Shown piece by piece: positions 47,778 through 56,407 of a stretch of DNA of 63,257 nt. The translations under genes were made by a program, and so were the position numbers. The DNA is from a virus (taxonomy: Duplodnaviria > Heunggongvirae > Uroviricota > Caudoviricetes). The notes beneath the pieces are model-generated. The model was given only the letters and a program-made list of their open reading frames with translations. It was not told the origin of the DNA and ran no database searches. The DNA is taken from the IMG/VR virus record IMGVR_UViG_3300032167_002310, one strand, 5' to 3'. Within the stretch, counting starts at the first letter, position 1; each line of letters begins with the position of its first letter.

Positions 47778-48436
47778 TATTCTTCTTTCCTTTCATAAAT
47801 CTTTAACCACTTTTCATATTCCTCTGAATAGTGAAATTTCAAGATATCATTTAAGGTTCTAATATTAGTGCGCAGAACAAAGAGAGGGTCTGCCATCTCT
47901 GGAAACTCTTCTTTTGCCTTCTTGAGAATGGGAAGAAGCAGCACTTCGGTCTCAGCGCAATTCTTACCAATAGAATCCGCAGAAAGAGCAAAAGGCATAT
48001 CAGACAGATTATTATATCTATCCAATGCCTTACAAATCAAGGCTTCCTTACTTTCCAATAACTCGTTGAAATATCTGCACTTAGTTTCAATCTTAGAGAT
48101 ATCAGTATCCATATGCATGATTGTCATATGTACAACGGCATCTTTGATGGTGTCGTTTACTGGCAAATACTCTGCCTTGATATTGCAATCTTCGAGAATA
48201 TCGTGCAAAAGAATAGTTGCAACAATATTGTCCTCGTTTAAACCGAGCGCAATGGCGTAACAAGCCATAGAAAGCGGATGCACAATATAGGGGGTGCCAT
48301 CTTTACGAGTCTGCGCACTGTGCTGTTTACGAGCGAATTGAAGCGCCTTGATAGACTCGGTCATACCCGCACCTGTGAGATAACCTCTTAAATATGTATA
48401 CATTTTGTCAACATTATAAGGTTGTCTGTTACTCAT
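47777..48436 (-). CDS. HD-domain (p)ppGpp hydrolase (small alarmone hydrolase, RelA/SpoT hydrolase-domain family)
   Basis: RKDGTPYIVHPLSMAC ... ILLHDILEDC matches the SpoT hydrolase signature RKSGEPYI.HP..VA ... ALLHDV.ED; 219 aa stand-alone. Confidence 0.75.
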   Translation of the reverse strand: MSNRQPYNVDKMYTYLRGYLTGAGMTESIKALQFARKQHSAQTRKDGTPYIVHPLSMACYAIALGLNEDNIVATILLHDILEDCNIKAEYLPVNDTIKDAVVHMTIMHMDTDISKIETKCRYFNELLESKEALICKALDRYNNLSDMPFALSADSIGKNCAETEVLLLPILKKAKEEFPEMADPLFVLRTNIRTLNDILKFHYSEEYEKWLKIYERKEE

Positions 48437-48470
48437 ACCAATACCTCCTAACTTTTCTTTCTATACATTT

Positions 48471-48499
48471 ATTATACCATATTTTATATGGAAAGTCAA
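48471..48499 (-). promoter_or_regulatory. Consensus extended -10 promoter (TTGACT-N17-TGgTATAAT) for the alarmone-hydrolase operon
   Basis: rc of + agtcaa 48494-48499, 17-nt spacer, rc of + attatacca 48471-48479. Confidence 0.75.
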
Positions 48500-48602
48500 T
48501 TAGAAGCTTTTTAGAGAAAAATTACCCATGGCATTTTTAATTTGGGTTGACGATTCATGCGTCTGTCACCGGCCGGAGCGTGTTCCACAATTTGCATATA
48601 AA

Positions 48603-48643
48603 CAAAAAAAAATGGCTACATAGTTGTTACACTATGTAGCCAT
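48603..48643 (-). terminator. Rho-independent terminator downstream of the lysozyme-like gene
   Basis: Perfect 13-bp stem atggctacatagt / actatgtagccat with 6-nt loop; a 9-nt A-run on the + strand supplies the T-run for the - strand transcript. Confidence 0.85.
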
Positions 48644-48646
48644 CTG

Positions 48647-49519
48647 TTAATTTACAAAATAGTTATATGCTTTCAAGGCATTAGACTGGCGGATTCCATA
48701 AGAACCACTGCCGCATCTTTCATATGCCTTTGCGAATGCCAATGCAGCATCCTCAGCATCTGTTAAAGCACAGAAACTTTCATAATCCATGCCACTTCTA
48801 AATGCGTATCCGTATGTATCCAACTCTTTCTTAACAGTATCTCTTAAGAAATCGAGTTGGGCTTCAAGGCTTGCGCCCTGGATACCTGGGTAATATCTAC
48901 CAGACCATTGGCAAATACCGTAGTAGCCTCCGCCACTATGACCATATAAGAAAGGCTGTAAGTTGAGAGTCTGTCCGCCAACTTCCGCCATCATGTTACC
49001 CATGACACCGGCGCAAACATAATCATTCCAACCTAATTCGTCTTTCATATATCTCCAAACTTGTGTTGCTACTGGATATTCTCCAGCTTTCTCGCTCCAC
49101 ATAGCTTCAATACGTACTTCTTCAGCTTCGATTGCGGCGATTGTTTCTTCATACTCCGCCATCAAGCCTCGCACATCTGCGAGCTCCTCTTCTACTAAGT
49201 CTCTTTCATCTGCTAACTCTTGGTTGTTTAACAGCTTAATGAGACGGAACTCATAGTCTTTACAAGTTGCCAGTTCAGTCTTTAATACTTCTTTATCAGT
49301 GGAATCTTCATATGTCATTTCTTGAAAATATTTCAACACTTCTGGAACTTTAACTTCTTCTGTCGGGTTTTCAATCATCATCACAGCGGCCGTAGCCGCC
49401 GGGTCTGAACTTGCTGCACTGTCATCTGTTTTATTAAATGCTAACGATGTTGTTGTAATAAGTGCCACAAGTATAATTACTATACCTACTATACGTAAGC
49501 AGTTGAGCTTCTTTTTCAT
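48647..49519 (-). CDS. Membrane-anchored coiled-coil protein with a C-terminal lysozyme-like (phage tail lysozyme-type) domain; putative peptidoglycan hydrolase
   Basis: N-terminal signal-anchor LRIVGIVIILVALITTTSLA; central coiled coil; C-terminal GVMGNMMAEVGG...GYYGICQWSGRYY motif. Confidence 0.45.
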   Translation of the reverse strand: MKKKLNCLRIVGIVIILVALITTTSLAFNKTDDSAASSDPAATAAVMMIENPTEEVKVPEVLKYFQEMTYEDSTDKEVLKTELATCKDYEFRLIKLLNNQELADERDLVEEELADVRGLMAEYEETIAAIEAEEVRIEAMWSEKAGEYPVATQVWRYMKDELGWNDYVCAGVMGNMMAEVGGQTLNLQPFLYGHSGGGYYGICQWSGRYYPGIQGASLEAQLDFLRDTVKKELDTYGYAFRSGMDYESFCALTDAEDAALAFAKAYERCGSGSYGIRQSNALKAYNYFVN

Positions 49520-49536
49520 AATAATGTACTTTCCTT

Positions 49537-49554
49537 CCTAATATTACTATTAGG
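49537..49554 (-). terminator. Short hairpin after the RecJ-like gene (possible weak terminator)
   Basis: cctaata / tattagg 7-bp stem, ttac loop. Confidence 0.35.
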
Positions 49555-49569
49555 TCTGTTGTGCAATTA

Positions 49570-51321
49570 TTAGAAATAATAGGCTGTCCTTCCTACAATT
49601 TCATAGTCTTCAATAATTATCTGCGGTTTGTCGTCCCATCCACTGTTTCTTGAACAGCGGCCAACGACGTTAATGGTAACACAACCTAACTCTGAATACA
49701 AACTTTCATATTCTTCATTAGACGACCTGAACTTAACTAAACTAATACCTTCATCCGAAGGTAAGGCTATCTTCAGAGTTGAACCGAACAAATTGAGGTT
49801 ACTTGCGCTGACTTTTACATCAGTAATAACAACAATTGGCTCTTCCACTCCTTGGCCCCAAATATGCCCCAGGTCAGCAAGTTTCAGAATTTCTGAACCG
49901 TGAACCATATCTGCAAAATAAATCACATCAGGAGAATATTTTGGGGAGAAGTCTACATCTTTTAGTTTTTCATTTGCATATGCGATGAAATCTGCAAAGT
50001 ATTCATCACGAATAGATACACCAAAAGCATTATCATGCCCTTCTGCAAATTCAAAATAACCAGATTCATTTAAGAATTCTTGGAAATTAGTCAAGTCTGT
50101 ACCATTAGCGTTTCGGCCGGAGCCGTCCCATGTAACATAGACATTATCTGGGTCTTCATCGTGGACAGTTCGGTTTAGAATGAGAACAGGGCGTTGGTAC
50201 CTACCCATTATTTGGTTCGCAATCAAACCTGTGATGTTTCGGTTGGACTCATTTTTGCCTTCGAGTTTTACTGCTAAGACTTGATTCTCTAAAAGATTTT
50301 TCTCTTCAATTATGCGTTCAATTATCTCCAAGCTTGCGTCTCTTGCTTTATTCTGTCTGTTTCGAATGTTTGTGCAATTTCTGCAGGCTTGCTCGACTCT
50401 CGTTTCGAACTGACCCTTACAACCACGTTTAGTGGAAGGAATCTGTTCGTAGGCACGAAACTCAAGCATAGACTCAAATAACATTAACTTCTCTTCTACA
50501 GTTCCGACACGAGTAATCGCATTCACACCAGGTGCGATGTAGAAGGAAATTCCATGTGGCGTTACGCGGTCCTTTAGCTGGAATGCTTGCTTTGTGACCA
50601 TGCCACGCAGGAATGGATTTCGAATATTGGCTAAGCCAGTATCCACTAAGTATCTTGTTTCAAAATCTCTCAAATCCATAACGTCAGCAAGGATACCAAG
50701 AGCAACTAAATCTAAATACTGGTCTGCATAATCAACATGAAGCAATGAATCCAAATAAGAACAAAACTTATACACCATACCTACACCAGATAATGACTTG
50801 GTAGGATAGTCGTCCATTTGGTTGTTAATTACGCAAGCGTATTCAGAATAGTGAGTTGTATTGTGGTGGTCAATAACCAACACATCCACCCCTCTTTCGT
50901 GAAGCTCTTTGTGAATTTCAAATTCATTTGAACTTGAGTCAGGAGCAATCACAAGCTTCACATCACTTGGCACTGTCTCCGGAATGATTCCGTGAGCCTT
51001 GTTTGTATGAGGTCTATAAAAGACATTATTCTGCACAAAACCTGGGAAAAGGCAATTCAGATAATTGATAAGAACTGCCGCAGATGTAAAACCATCACAG
51101 TCACTATCAATTTGAACTAAAACTTTATGGTTCTGTGCAATGTGAGAAACCAGCATCTTTGCGCCGGTCTCTATATTGGTAATTGTAGCCGGGTCAATTA
51201 CATCGGCTACCGAGGTATGCAAATAATGATTTACCTCTTCTGCGGGAATCCCGCGGTTGACAAACACCTGTTCGACCACTGACATATGTGGGATGCGAGG
51301 TGCTCTTAGTTGAAAATTCAT
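49570..51321 (-). CDS. RecJ-like DHH-family ssDNA exonuclease/phosphoesterase
   Basis: Motif I VQIDSDCDGFTSAAVL and DHH motif LVIDHHNTTHY; 583 aa. Confidence 0.8.
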   Translation of the reverse strand: MNFQLRAPRIPHMSVVEQVFVNRGIPAEEVNHYLHTSVADVIDPATITNIETGAKMLVSHIAQNHKVLVQIDSDCDGFTSAAVLINYLNCLFPGFVQNNVFYRPHTNKAHGIIPETVPSDVKLVIAPDSSSNEFEIHKELHERGVDVLVIDHHNTTHYSEYACVINNQMDDYPTKSLSGVGMVYKFCSYLDSLLHVDYADQYLDLVALGILADVMDLRDFETRYLVDTGLANIRNPFLRGMVTKQAFQLKDRVTPHGISFYIAPGVNAITRVGTVEEKLMLFESMLEFRAYEQIPSTKRGCKGQFETRVEQACRNCTNIRNRQNKARDASLEIIERIIEEKNLLENQVLAVKLEGKNESNRNITGLIANQIMGRYQRPVLILNRTVHDEDPDNVYVTWDGSGRNANGTDLTNFQEFLNESGYFEFAEGHDNAFGVSIRDEYFADFIAYANEKLKDVDFSPKYSPDVIYFADMVHGSEILKLADLGHIWGQGVEEPIVVITDVKVSASNLNLFGSTLKIALPSDEGISLVKFRSSNEEYESLYSELGCVTINVVGRCSRNSGWDDKPQIIIEDYEIVGRTAYYF

Positions 51322-51400
51322 ATGAAAGTCAACCTCCTTTCATACGAATCACCAAAAATCTATGAATAATGTTCAAATTCAATTAACCACCTTTCGCCTT

Positions 51401-51745
51401 TTAGAATGGAAGTGGTACTTCATCACTAATATGAAGATTACCCTCACCCCAAAGACGAATAGCCGCAAACGGAAAGTCGAACATAGTTGGACTGATTATG
51501 GTTCGATATACATCATATGGAATATTGCGTTGGATGTAAGCTACATTACAACGCACTCCTCTGGAACAATCACTGGCTCTACAAACTCGCCAGAAATCTC
51601 CATTGCCGAACTCTGCAGTAGAACCACTAATTGCAGAGATTTTCTTATGGCGTAATTCAATTCCATATCTTGTATAATTTTCGATTACTTTTTCGAGCAT
51701 TTCATTACCTTCTGCGGCAGTCATGCTCCAAATCGCACCTTTCAT
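51401..51745 (-). CDS. Hypothetical protein (114 aa)
   Basis: ORF overlapping the primase stop by 4 nt (coupled). Confidence 0.4.
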   Translation of the reverse strand: MKGAIWSMTAAEGNEMLEKVIENYTRYGIELRHKKISAISGSTAEFGNGDFWRVCRASDCSRGVRCNVAYIQRNIPYDVYRTIISPTMFDFPFAAIRLWGEGNLHISDEVPLPF

Positions 51746-52806
51746 AGCGTTACTCTCTCCTTAAATAATTTCAAAAACTTTTCAGGTCCTTCGTCTATTG
51801 GGCTTGCTTTATAACTTGTAATCATGTGTCTATCAAATATAAAAGACAAAGTTGCAAAGTTTTTATATTTCGCATGGAGTTTCTTGAAATTGGCTACAAG
51901 ATGCTGATGTTCTTTATCCCCAATCTCTTGGAACTGTCTATCGAATGCTACTATAATTTCCTTTGCGCCAGCGTCAATCAGCATTTGAATCTGATACGCT
52001 GAGATATTACTACCACAACAAGCCACAGAAATGTCATTTTCAATTCCAAAATAAGATTGATACAACAAACAGCTTTTTTCTGATTCAAAGATAATGGCTT
52101 TACCCATTATTTTAATATTTTCTTTGCTGTTGTTCAAGTTGTATAAATTCATTCCTAATGGATGGTTGTAGAGTTCTTTGTTGATACGAATCGGTCTATA
52201 TTTACCGAATCGCTCGCCTTCCTCTGCACATAAGGTACGGCCACGTAACCCGATAAACCTGCCATCTTTATCAAAATGAGGAATTGTGATTTGGTCACCA
52301 CCAGGATAAAAGCCAATATAATTATGTCTAATTGCTTCTTGACTAATTCCCTCGCGCAACCAAGGCGCAATCTTCAAACTGTAATTCAAGCGTGTTAAGA
52401 TAATTGGGTTGAATTCCTTAAGCGTCACATGATAGTCCTTAGTCTCTGTCGCTTGGATTCGGTCATAGTTTGTCAGATGCTTCCAGTCGTCCAACTGGTC
52501 TTCGTCTTGTACCTCGTATTTTGTGGACAATCCGAATCTATATGCGACCCAGCGTACTGCATCATTTAAGTCATATTCTTTATTTCCCTGTATAGCAGCT
52601 ACTTTACTGGTCAATTCGAAAATATCGAACGAGGTGCCGCAACCCGTATAACAAGCAAACAAATCTGTATTTTCATAGTAATATAACTTTCTACTTCCTT
52701 CTCCTGGGAGATTATGACAGATAGTAGAAGAGAGGATACCAAAGTCTGTCCACTCTGGGTCTCCTCCCCATTCTTGAAGTAATTCAAAAATGTTATCTAC
52801 TGTCAA
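51742..52806 (-). CDS. dnaG: DnaG-like DNA primase (zinc-binding and TOPRIM domains); TTG start per ORF track
   Basis: Zinc-ribbon-like LYYYENTDLFACYTGCGTSFDIFEL (DnaG signature FYHCFGCG..G..IDF); TOPRIM-like KAIIFESEKSCLL and VAFDRQ. Confidence 0.65.
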   Translation of the reverse strand: MTVDNIFELLQEWGGDPEWTDFGILSSTICHNLPGEGSRKLYYYENTDLFACYTGCGTSFDIFELTSKVAAIQGNKEYDLNDAVRWVAYRFGLSTKYEVQDEDQLDDWKHLTNYDRIQATETKDYHVTLKEFNPIILTRLNYSLKIAPWLREGISQEAIRHNYIGFYPGGDQITIPHFDKDGRFIGLRGRTLCAEEGERFGKYRPIRINKELYNHPLGMNLYNLNNSKENIKIMGKAIIFESEKSCLLYQSYFGIENDISVACCGSNISAYQIQMLIDAGAKEIIVAFDRQFQEIGDKEHQHLVANFKKLHAKYKNFATLSFIFDRHMITSYKASPIDEGPEKFLKLFKERVTL

Positions 52807-52849
52807 AGCCTCACGAATATCCGCTTTGGAATAGGGGAGGTTGTTGCTA

Positions 52850-53167
52850 TTAATAAGTCAACACCCTAATACATGTACCAAGCAGGCCGTACTGCTCAGT
52901 TACATACTCGCAAAGATACTGCTGAGGGTTCTTCTTTGCATCCTGGCCGCTACGATTCTTGAGGATATTTCTTGCACATTCAGCGGACATCTTATACTCA
53001 TAAGCTCTGCCCTCTACCTTCATCACAGCCTGTGCTTTGCTCTGATTTACGTTGAAGTTCTTAGGAGTATTATCTCTCTTCTGATTCTTTCTCTGTCCGT
53101 TACCCTGAGCCTTAGCCTTAGGATTTCCATTCTTATTCTTATTAAAATTCTTTCTCTGTTCAGCCAT
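52850..53167 (-). CDS. Highly basic small protein (105 aa), possible nucleic-acid-binding protein
   Basis: N-terminal ~60 aa rich in K/R/N/Q (KNKNGNPKAKAQGNGQRKNQKRDNTPK); elevated GC relative to surroundings. Confidence 0.4.
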   Translation of the reverse strand: MAEQRKNFNKNKNGNPKAKAQGNGQRKNQKRDNTPKNFNVNQSKAQAVMKVEGRAYEYKMSAECARNILKNRSGQDAKKNPQQYLCEYVTEQYGLLGTCIRVLTY

Positions 53168-53186
53168 ATCATTTTCTCCTTTTCAC

Positions 53187-54716
53187 TTAGAAGGCGCCTT
53201 CGTCCTCTGTTATGATTTTGATATCTTCCATTGTTAGGATTTCATAATCGTATGTTGTACAAAACATTGGTTTGACTCTACAAGTTCCAAGGTCTCCTTT
53301 ACACCATAAGATTACGCCTTTATATCTACCTCGTCTATTCTTATAGATAGAGAGTTTTAGGTTTGGTTTCTCGAAAGTATTTGCGCTCAAGATTGTCTCC
53401 AAAGCCGCAATGTCTTCCTCTTTTACGCCGAGTAGAATCGAACCATAGTCAATCTTATCAGCGATAGCTTTTGCGCCACGAAGCAAGTTCTGGTCTGGTG
53501 TTTTCGCCTCTTGGTAATCGCCATTCAGCTGAGTCGCAGACATAATGAAGATTCCATACTGGTTACAAATATCTTTCAAACGAATTGAAAGCATAAACAA
53601 GATGTTATCTTCTCTCAACTTAACGCCACCAGAACGTCTGGTAATCTCTTCCAAAATCTTCAAACTGGTATGAATATAATCGTGGAATACATATTTTACA
53701 TCGTAATCACGAATATGCTTCTTAATACAGTCCTCAATATCTTTCAAAGAGAAATCAGGCATTTCGACAATGTACAAAGGACTTTCAGAAAGAATTCTTG
53801 CGGCCTCGCGTACACGGTCCTCTTCATCGCCGTCATACTTACCATTCAGAATATGGTCTTCGTTTACATTGGACAAGAACGCAAGCATCATTGTCTGAAT
53901 TTCTTCTTTTTCCTGCTCTGTAGAAATATACAAAACAGGTTCAGCTGTACCATTCTTAATCCAACCAAAAATTTCATCATAGATGCGATTGCAGCCTATG
54001 TAACAGGCATCCGCAATCATTGTACGGGACTTACCCACACCAGTAGGCGCTGAACGCAAATAAAACTTTTTCAGTCTTGCGCCACGAGTTACGGTATTGA
54101 TAAGTGGTCCATACAAAGGAACACCTACTTCTGGATACTGTTTCAATCTGTCAATTAAATCAAAAATTCCATCACCAGCTTGATAAGTATCACCATTTAC
54201 ATCATCAACATATTGCATTCTGATGGCTTCAATTGTTGCGTCTACTTTGTTTGCAATATCTTCCAAAGAAGCATTATCGAGCCAATCTTCTTGCTGTTGT
54301 TTCTTCTTTACGTCCAAAATATTGTCGGGATCATAAATATATGAAACATCAATTCCATAATTATCATATGCTCTCAACAATGACATTTTCTTTAGACGGT
54401 TATAATAATAGTCAAAGGCTGATGGGATGGCCGCATCCGCAACCTTCAACAACCACTCTTCACCTTTATTTTGCTTAAAACTCGCCGCACTCTTAGGTCT
54501 TGAAGATAAGAAGTCTGAAATATTCTCCAATGTAATTCTCTCTGCGCCCAGTTCATAGATTTTGTAAATCGCACCAAACGCAATTCTGTGGAATTCATCG
54601 GCAAAATCTTCATCAGTAATAGTATACTTATCTGTAAAGTCTAAAAGCTGAGGAGTATTATAAACGCAACCAATTACTTGCATGATTGCGGTTGTATCTA
54701 CATATCTACTACTCAT
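53187..54716 (-). CDS. dnaB: DnaB-like replicative DNA helicase
   Basis: Walker A RSAPTGVGKSRT; DnaB-like N-terminal domain; 509 aa. Confidence 0.8.
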   Translation of the reverse strand: MSSRYVDTTAIMQVIGCVYNTPQLLDFTDKYTITDEDFADEFHRIAFGAIYKIYELGAERITLENISDFLSSRPKSAASFKQNKGEEWLLKVADAAIPSAFDYYYNRLKKMSLLRAYDNYGIDVSYIYDPDNILDVKKKQQQEDWLDNASLEDIANKVDATIEAIRMQYVDDVNGDTYQAGDGIFDLIDRLKQYPEVGVPLYGPLINTVTRGARLKKFYLRSAPTGVGKSRTMIADACYIGCNRIYDEIFGWIKNGTAEPVLYISTEQEKEEIQTMMLAFLSNVNEDHILNGKYDGDEEDRVREAARILSESPLYIVEMPDFSLKDIEDCIKKHIRDYDVKYVFHDYIHTSLKILEEITRRSGGVKLREDNILFMLSIRLKDICNQYGIFIMSATQLNGDYQEAKTPDQNLLRGAKAIADKIDYGSILLGVKEEDIAALETILSANTFEKPNLKLSIYKNRRGRYKGVILWCKGDLGTCRVKPMFCTTYDYEILTMEDIKIITEDEGAF

Positions 54717-55237
54717 TCTTCTACCTCTTCTTCATCTAAAAATGTGAATAGCTTTCGCTTCTTAACTTTGCGTTGAGGCACCGGAATATGGACTTCTCGA
54801 ACTTCGATAATCATTTGTTCTGGTTTGAGAATTTCTTCATTCTTCTGGTTTGCCAACCAAATGTTGTAGTAGTAGTTATAAGCATCATTGTACACATATG
54901 GCACAATACCTATTCCACCCTTAGCTTTTTCGATACTATTCCCTTTAACCTCAAAGAAGTAAACCAATGCTTTTAAGATACCACTATAAGTATAATTATA
55001 TTTATCCTTAAACTCATTGATTTGTTTGCGCACACGCGGATTCACGAACTCTTCATTGAACATCTTCATAATATACTGTTCTAATGCTTCTTTATCCTTT
55101 TCTTCCTTTGCGCGCTTCTCTTCTTCTCTTTCATGACAATGTAAGTGAGCATATCGCCTGGATGACACCTGTGCAGTTGGCATTCTGTCACGGTCAAATC
55201 GTTCATTGCAATATACGCAAGTTACCCAATGCGCCAT
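54713..55237 (-). CDS. Zinc-finger protein (174 aa), first gene of an early transcription unit
   Basis: CVYCNERF ... HLHCH cluster at the N-terminus; stop overlaps the dnaB start. Confidence 0.4.
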   Translation of the reverse strand: MAHWVTCVYCNERFDRDRMPTAQVSSRRYAHLHCHEREEEKRAKEEKDKEALEQYIMKMFNEEFVNPRVRKQINEFKDKYNYTYSGILKALVYFFEVKGNSIEKAKGGIGIVPYVYNDAYNYYYNIWLANQKNEEILKPEQMIIEVREVHIPVPQRKVKKRKLFTFLDEEEVEE

Positions 55238-55273
55238 GGCTATACACTCTCCTTTTCATTACTTTATATATAT

Positions 55274-55302
55274 ATTATACCATATTTTTAATAAAAAATC
55301 AA
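55274..55302 (-). promoter_or_regulatory. Consensus extended -10 promoter (TTGATT-N17-TGgTATAAT)
   Basis: rc of + aatcaa 55297-55302, 17-nt spacer, rc of + attatacca 55274-55282. Confidence 0.75.
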
Positions 55303-55328
55303 CCCGAGGATTCTGTTGCCTCGGGTTG
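55291..55328 (-). terminator. Rho-independent terminator after the AAA ATPase gene, overlapping the -35 of the next promoter
   Basis: 10-bp stem caacccgagg / cctcgggttg (55300-55309 / 55319-55328); the + strand A-run 55292-55298 gives a T-run on the - strand. Confidence 0.75.
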
Positions 55329-55337
55329 ACTGTTATC

Positions 55338-56327
55338 TTATAGACGCTTCAAGTCGAAAATAATCATATCCAACTGAGGAGCCTGGTCTGCGGTACAGTC
55401 GCCAACCTTCTTGCCCCTGCCAAGGTGACTCTCAACAATCTGAGTAATCTTAGCGGCATTAGTAGGACTGCCCTTTTCCATCAAACGACCAACGATTGTC
55501 TGGAATTCATCCATCAAAGCCTTGAAGTCGTATGTAGGCTCATCTACATGCATCTGAGTAGCGGAGTTTGTAACAGCGCCTGCTCCACGCATTTCAGCTT
55601 CCTTGTCAATAGCCTCTGCAATAGCATTTACAAGGTTATCATAAGTGAAATTAATTACGTCAGGAGTATAGCGGAAACGAGAACCAGCTACATATCTTGG
55701 AGTTCCACGGAGGAAGAGCTTAGTCTGAACACCAGCCTCGGTATCAACAGCCTTAGAGAAGCCGATGATATCGCAAGTTCTCTCGCAAACCAGTCTTGCT
55801 CTCTTGTCAAGAGTAGGAACAATCTGATTATATTCCTTACCAGTTTCGTCGGTGAAGACCTTGTCTTCGGAGTGAGAGATAAGTACCAGACCGTAATCCA
55901 TCTGAAGAATCTTTCTGATGCTCTCGTCGAACTCAGTCATCGCCATCTTATAACCCTTACCATAAGGAATTTCAGCGATGTTATCGTAGGAGTTCTTAGC
56001 ATCGGACGCCTGGCCGCAAATGTATTTCTCACAGTAGCCATATGCGATATCCGCAGTGTCGATAACAACAGTCTGGAAGATGTTCTTTACTTCTGGGTCA
56101 TTGAGTTCACGGAGAGTCTTTTTGAAATCACCCCAGCTGTTCATAGGCTTAGCCATGATGCCAGGAATCGCAGAGTAACCCTTTTCGAATGCAAGAACAA
56201 TTGCACCAGGGAACTGAGAAGCGATTGTAGTCTTACCACTCTTAGGTGTTCCGTAGAACAGAACAGAATATCCACGAAGGTTTCTACTTACCTGATGAGG
56301 TTTAATGTCTAATAGTGAATTTCCCAT
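55338..56327 (-). CDS. AAA_24/Sak4-like RecA-fold ATPase
   Basis: Walker A YGTPKSGKTT near the N-terminus; 329 aa; adjacent to an SSB-like gene. Confidence 0.55.
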   Translation of the reverse strand: MGNSLLDIKPHQVSRNLRGYSVLFYGTPKSGKTTIASQFPGAIVLAFEKGYSAIPGIMAKPMNSWGDFKKTLRELNDPEVKNIFQTVVIDTADIAYGYCEKYICGQASDAKNSYDNIAEIPYGKGYKMAMTEFDESIRKILQMDYGLVLISHSEDKVFTDETGKEYNQIVPTLDKRARLVCERTCDIIGFSKAVDTEAGVQTKLFLRGTPRYVAGSRFRYTPDVINFTYDNLVNAIAEAIDKEAEMRGAGAVTNSATQMHVDEPTYDFKALMDEFQTIVGRLMEKGSPTNAAKITQIVESHLGRGKKVGDCTADQAPQLDMIIFDLKRL

Positions 56328-56376
56328 TTTATTTTCTCCTTATATAATATATGAACAATATTCAATTAAAAATCCT

Positions 56377-56400
56377 TGTTAACCCCTCGTGGGGGCTGGG
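56377..56400 (-). terminator. Candidate compound hairpin after the SSB-like gene
   Basis: cccc tcgt gggg core nested in aatcc...ggatt; T-rich sequence follows on the - strand. Confidence 0.3.
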
Positions 56401-56407
56401 GATTCAA

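Noticed and set aside
47868-48260. 130-aa + strand ORF antisense to the HD hydrolase. Also 53670-54053 (antisense to dnaB), 58305-58721 (antisense to thyA), 52841-53215 and 40993-41415.
   Set aside because: Antisense to genes with strong family signatures. No start signals.
51322-51400. tgaaag...ctttca hairpin upstream of the RecJ-like gene, considered as a terminator
   Set aside because: The stem includes the gene's own RBS (aggaggttgac) with no T-run. More likely part of a translational-coupling region than a terminator.
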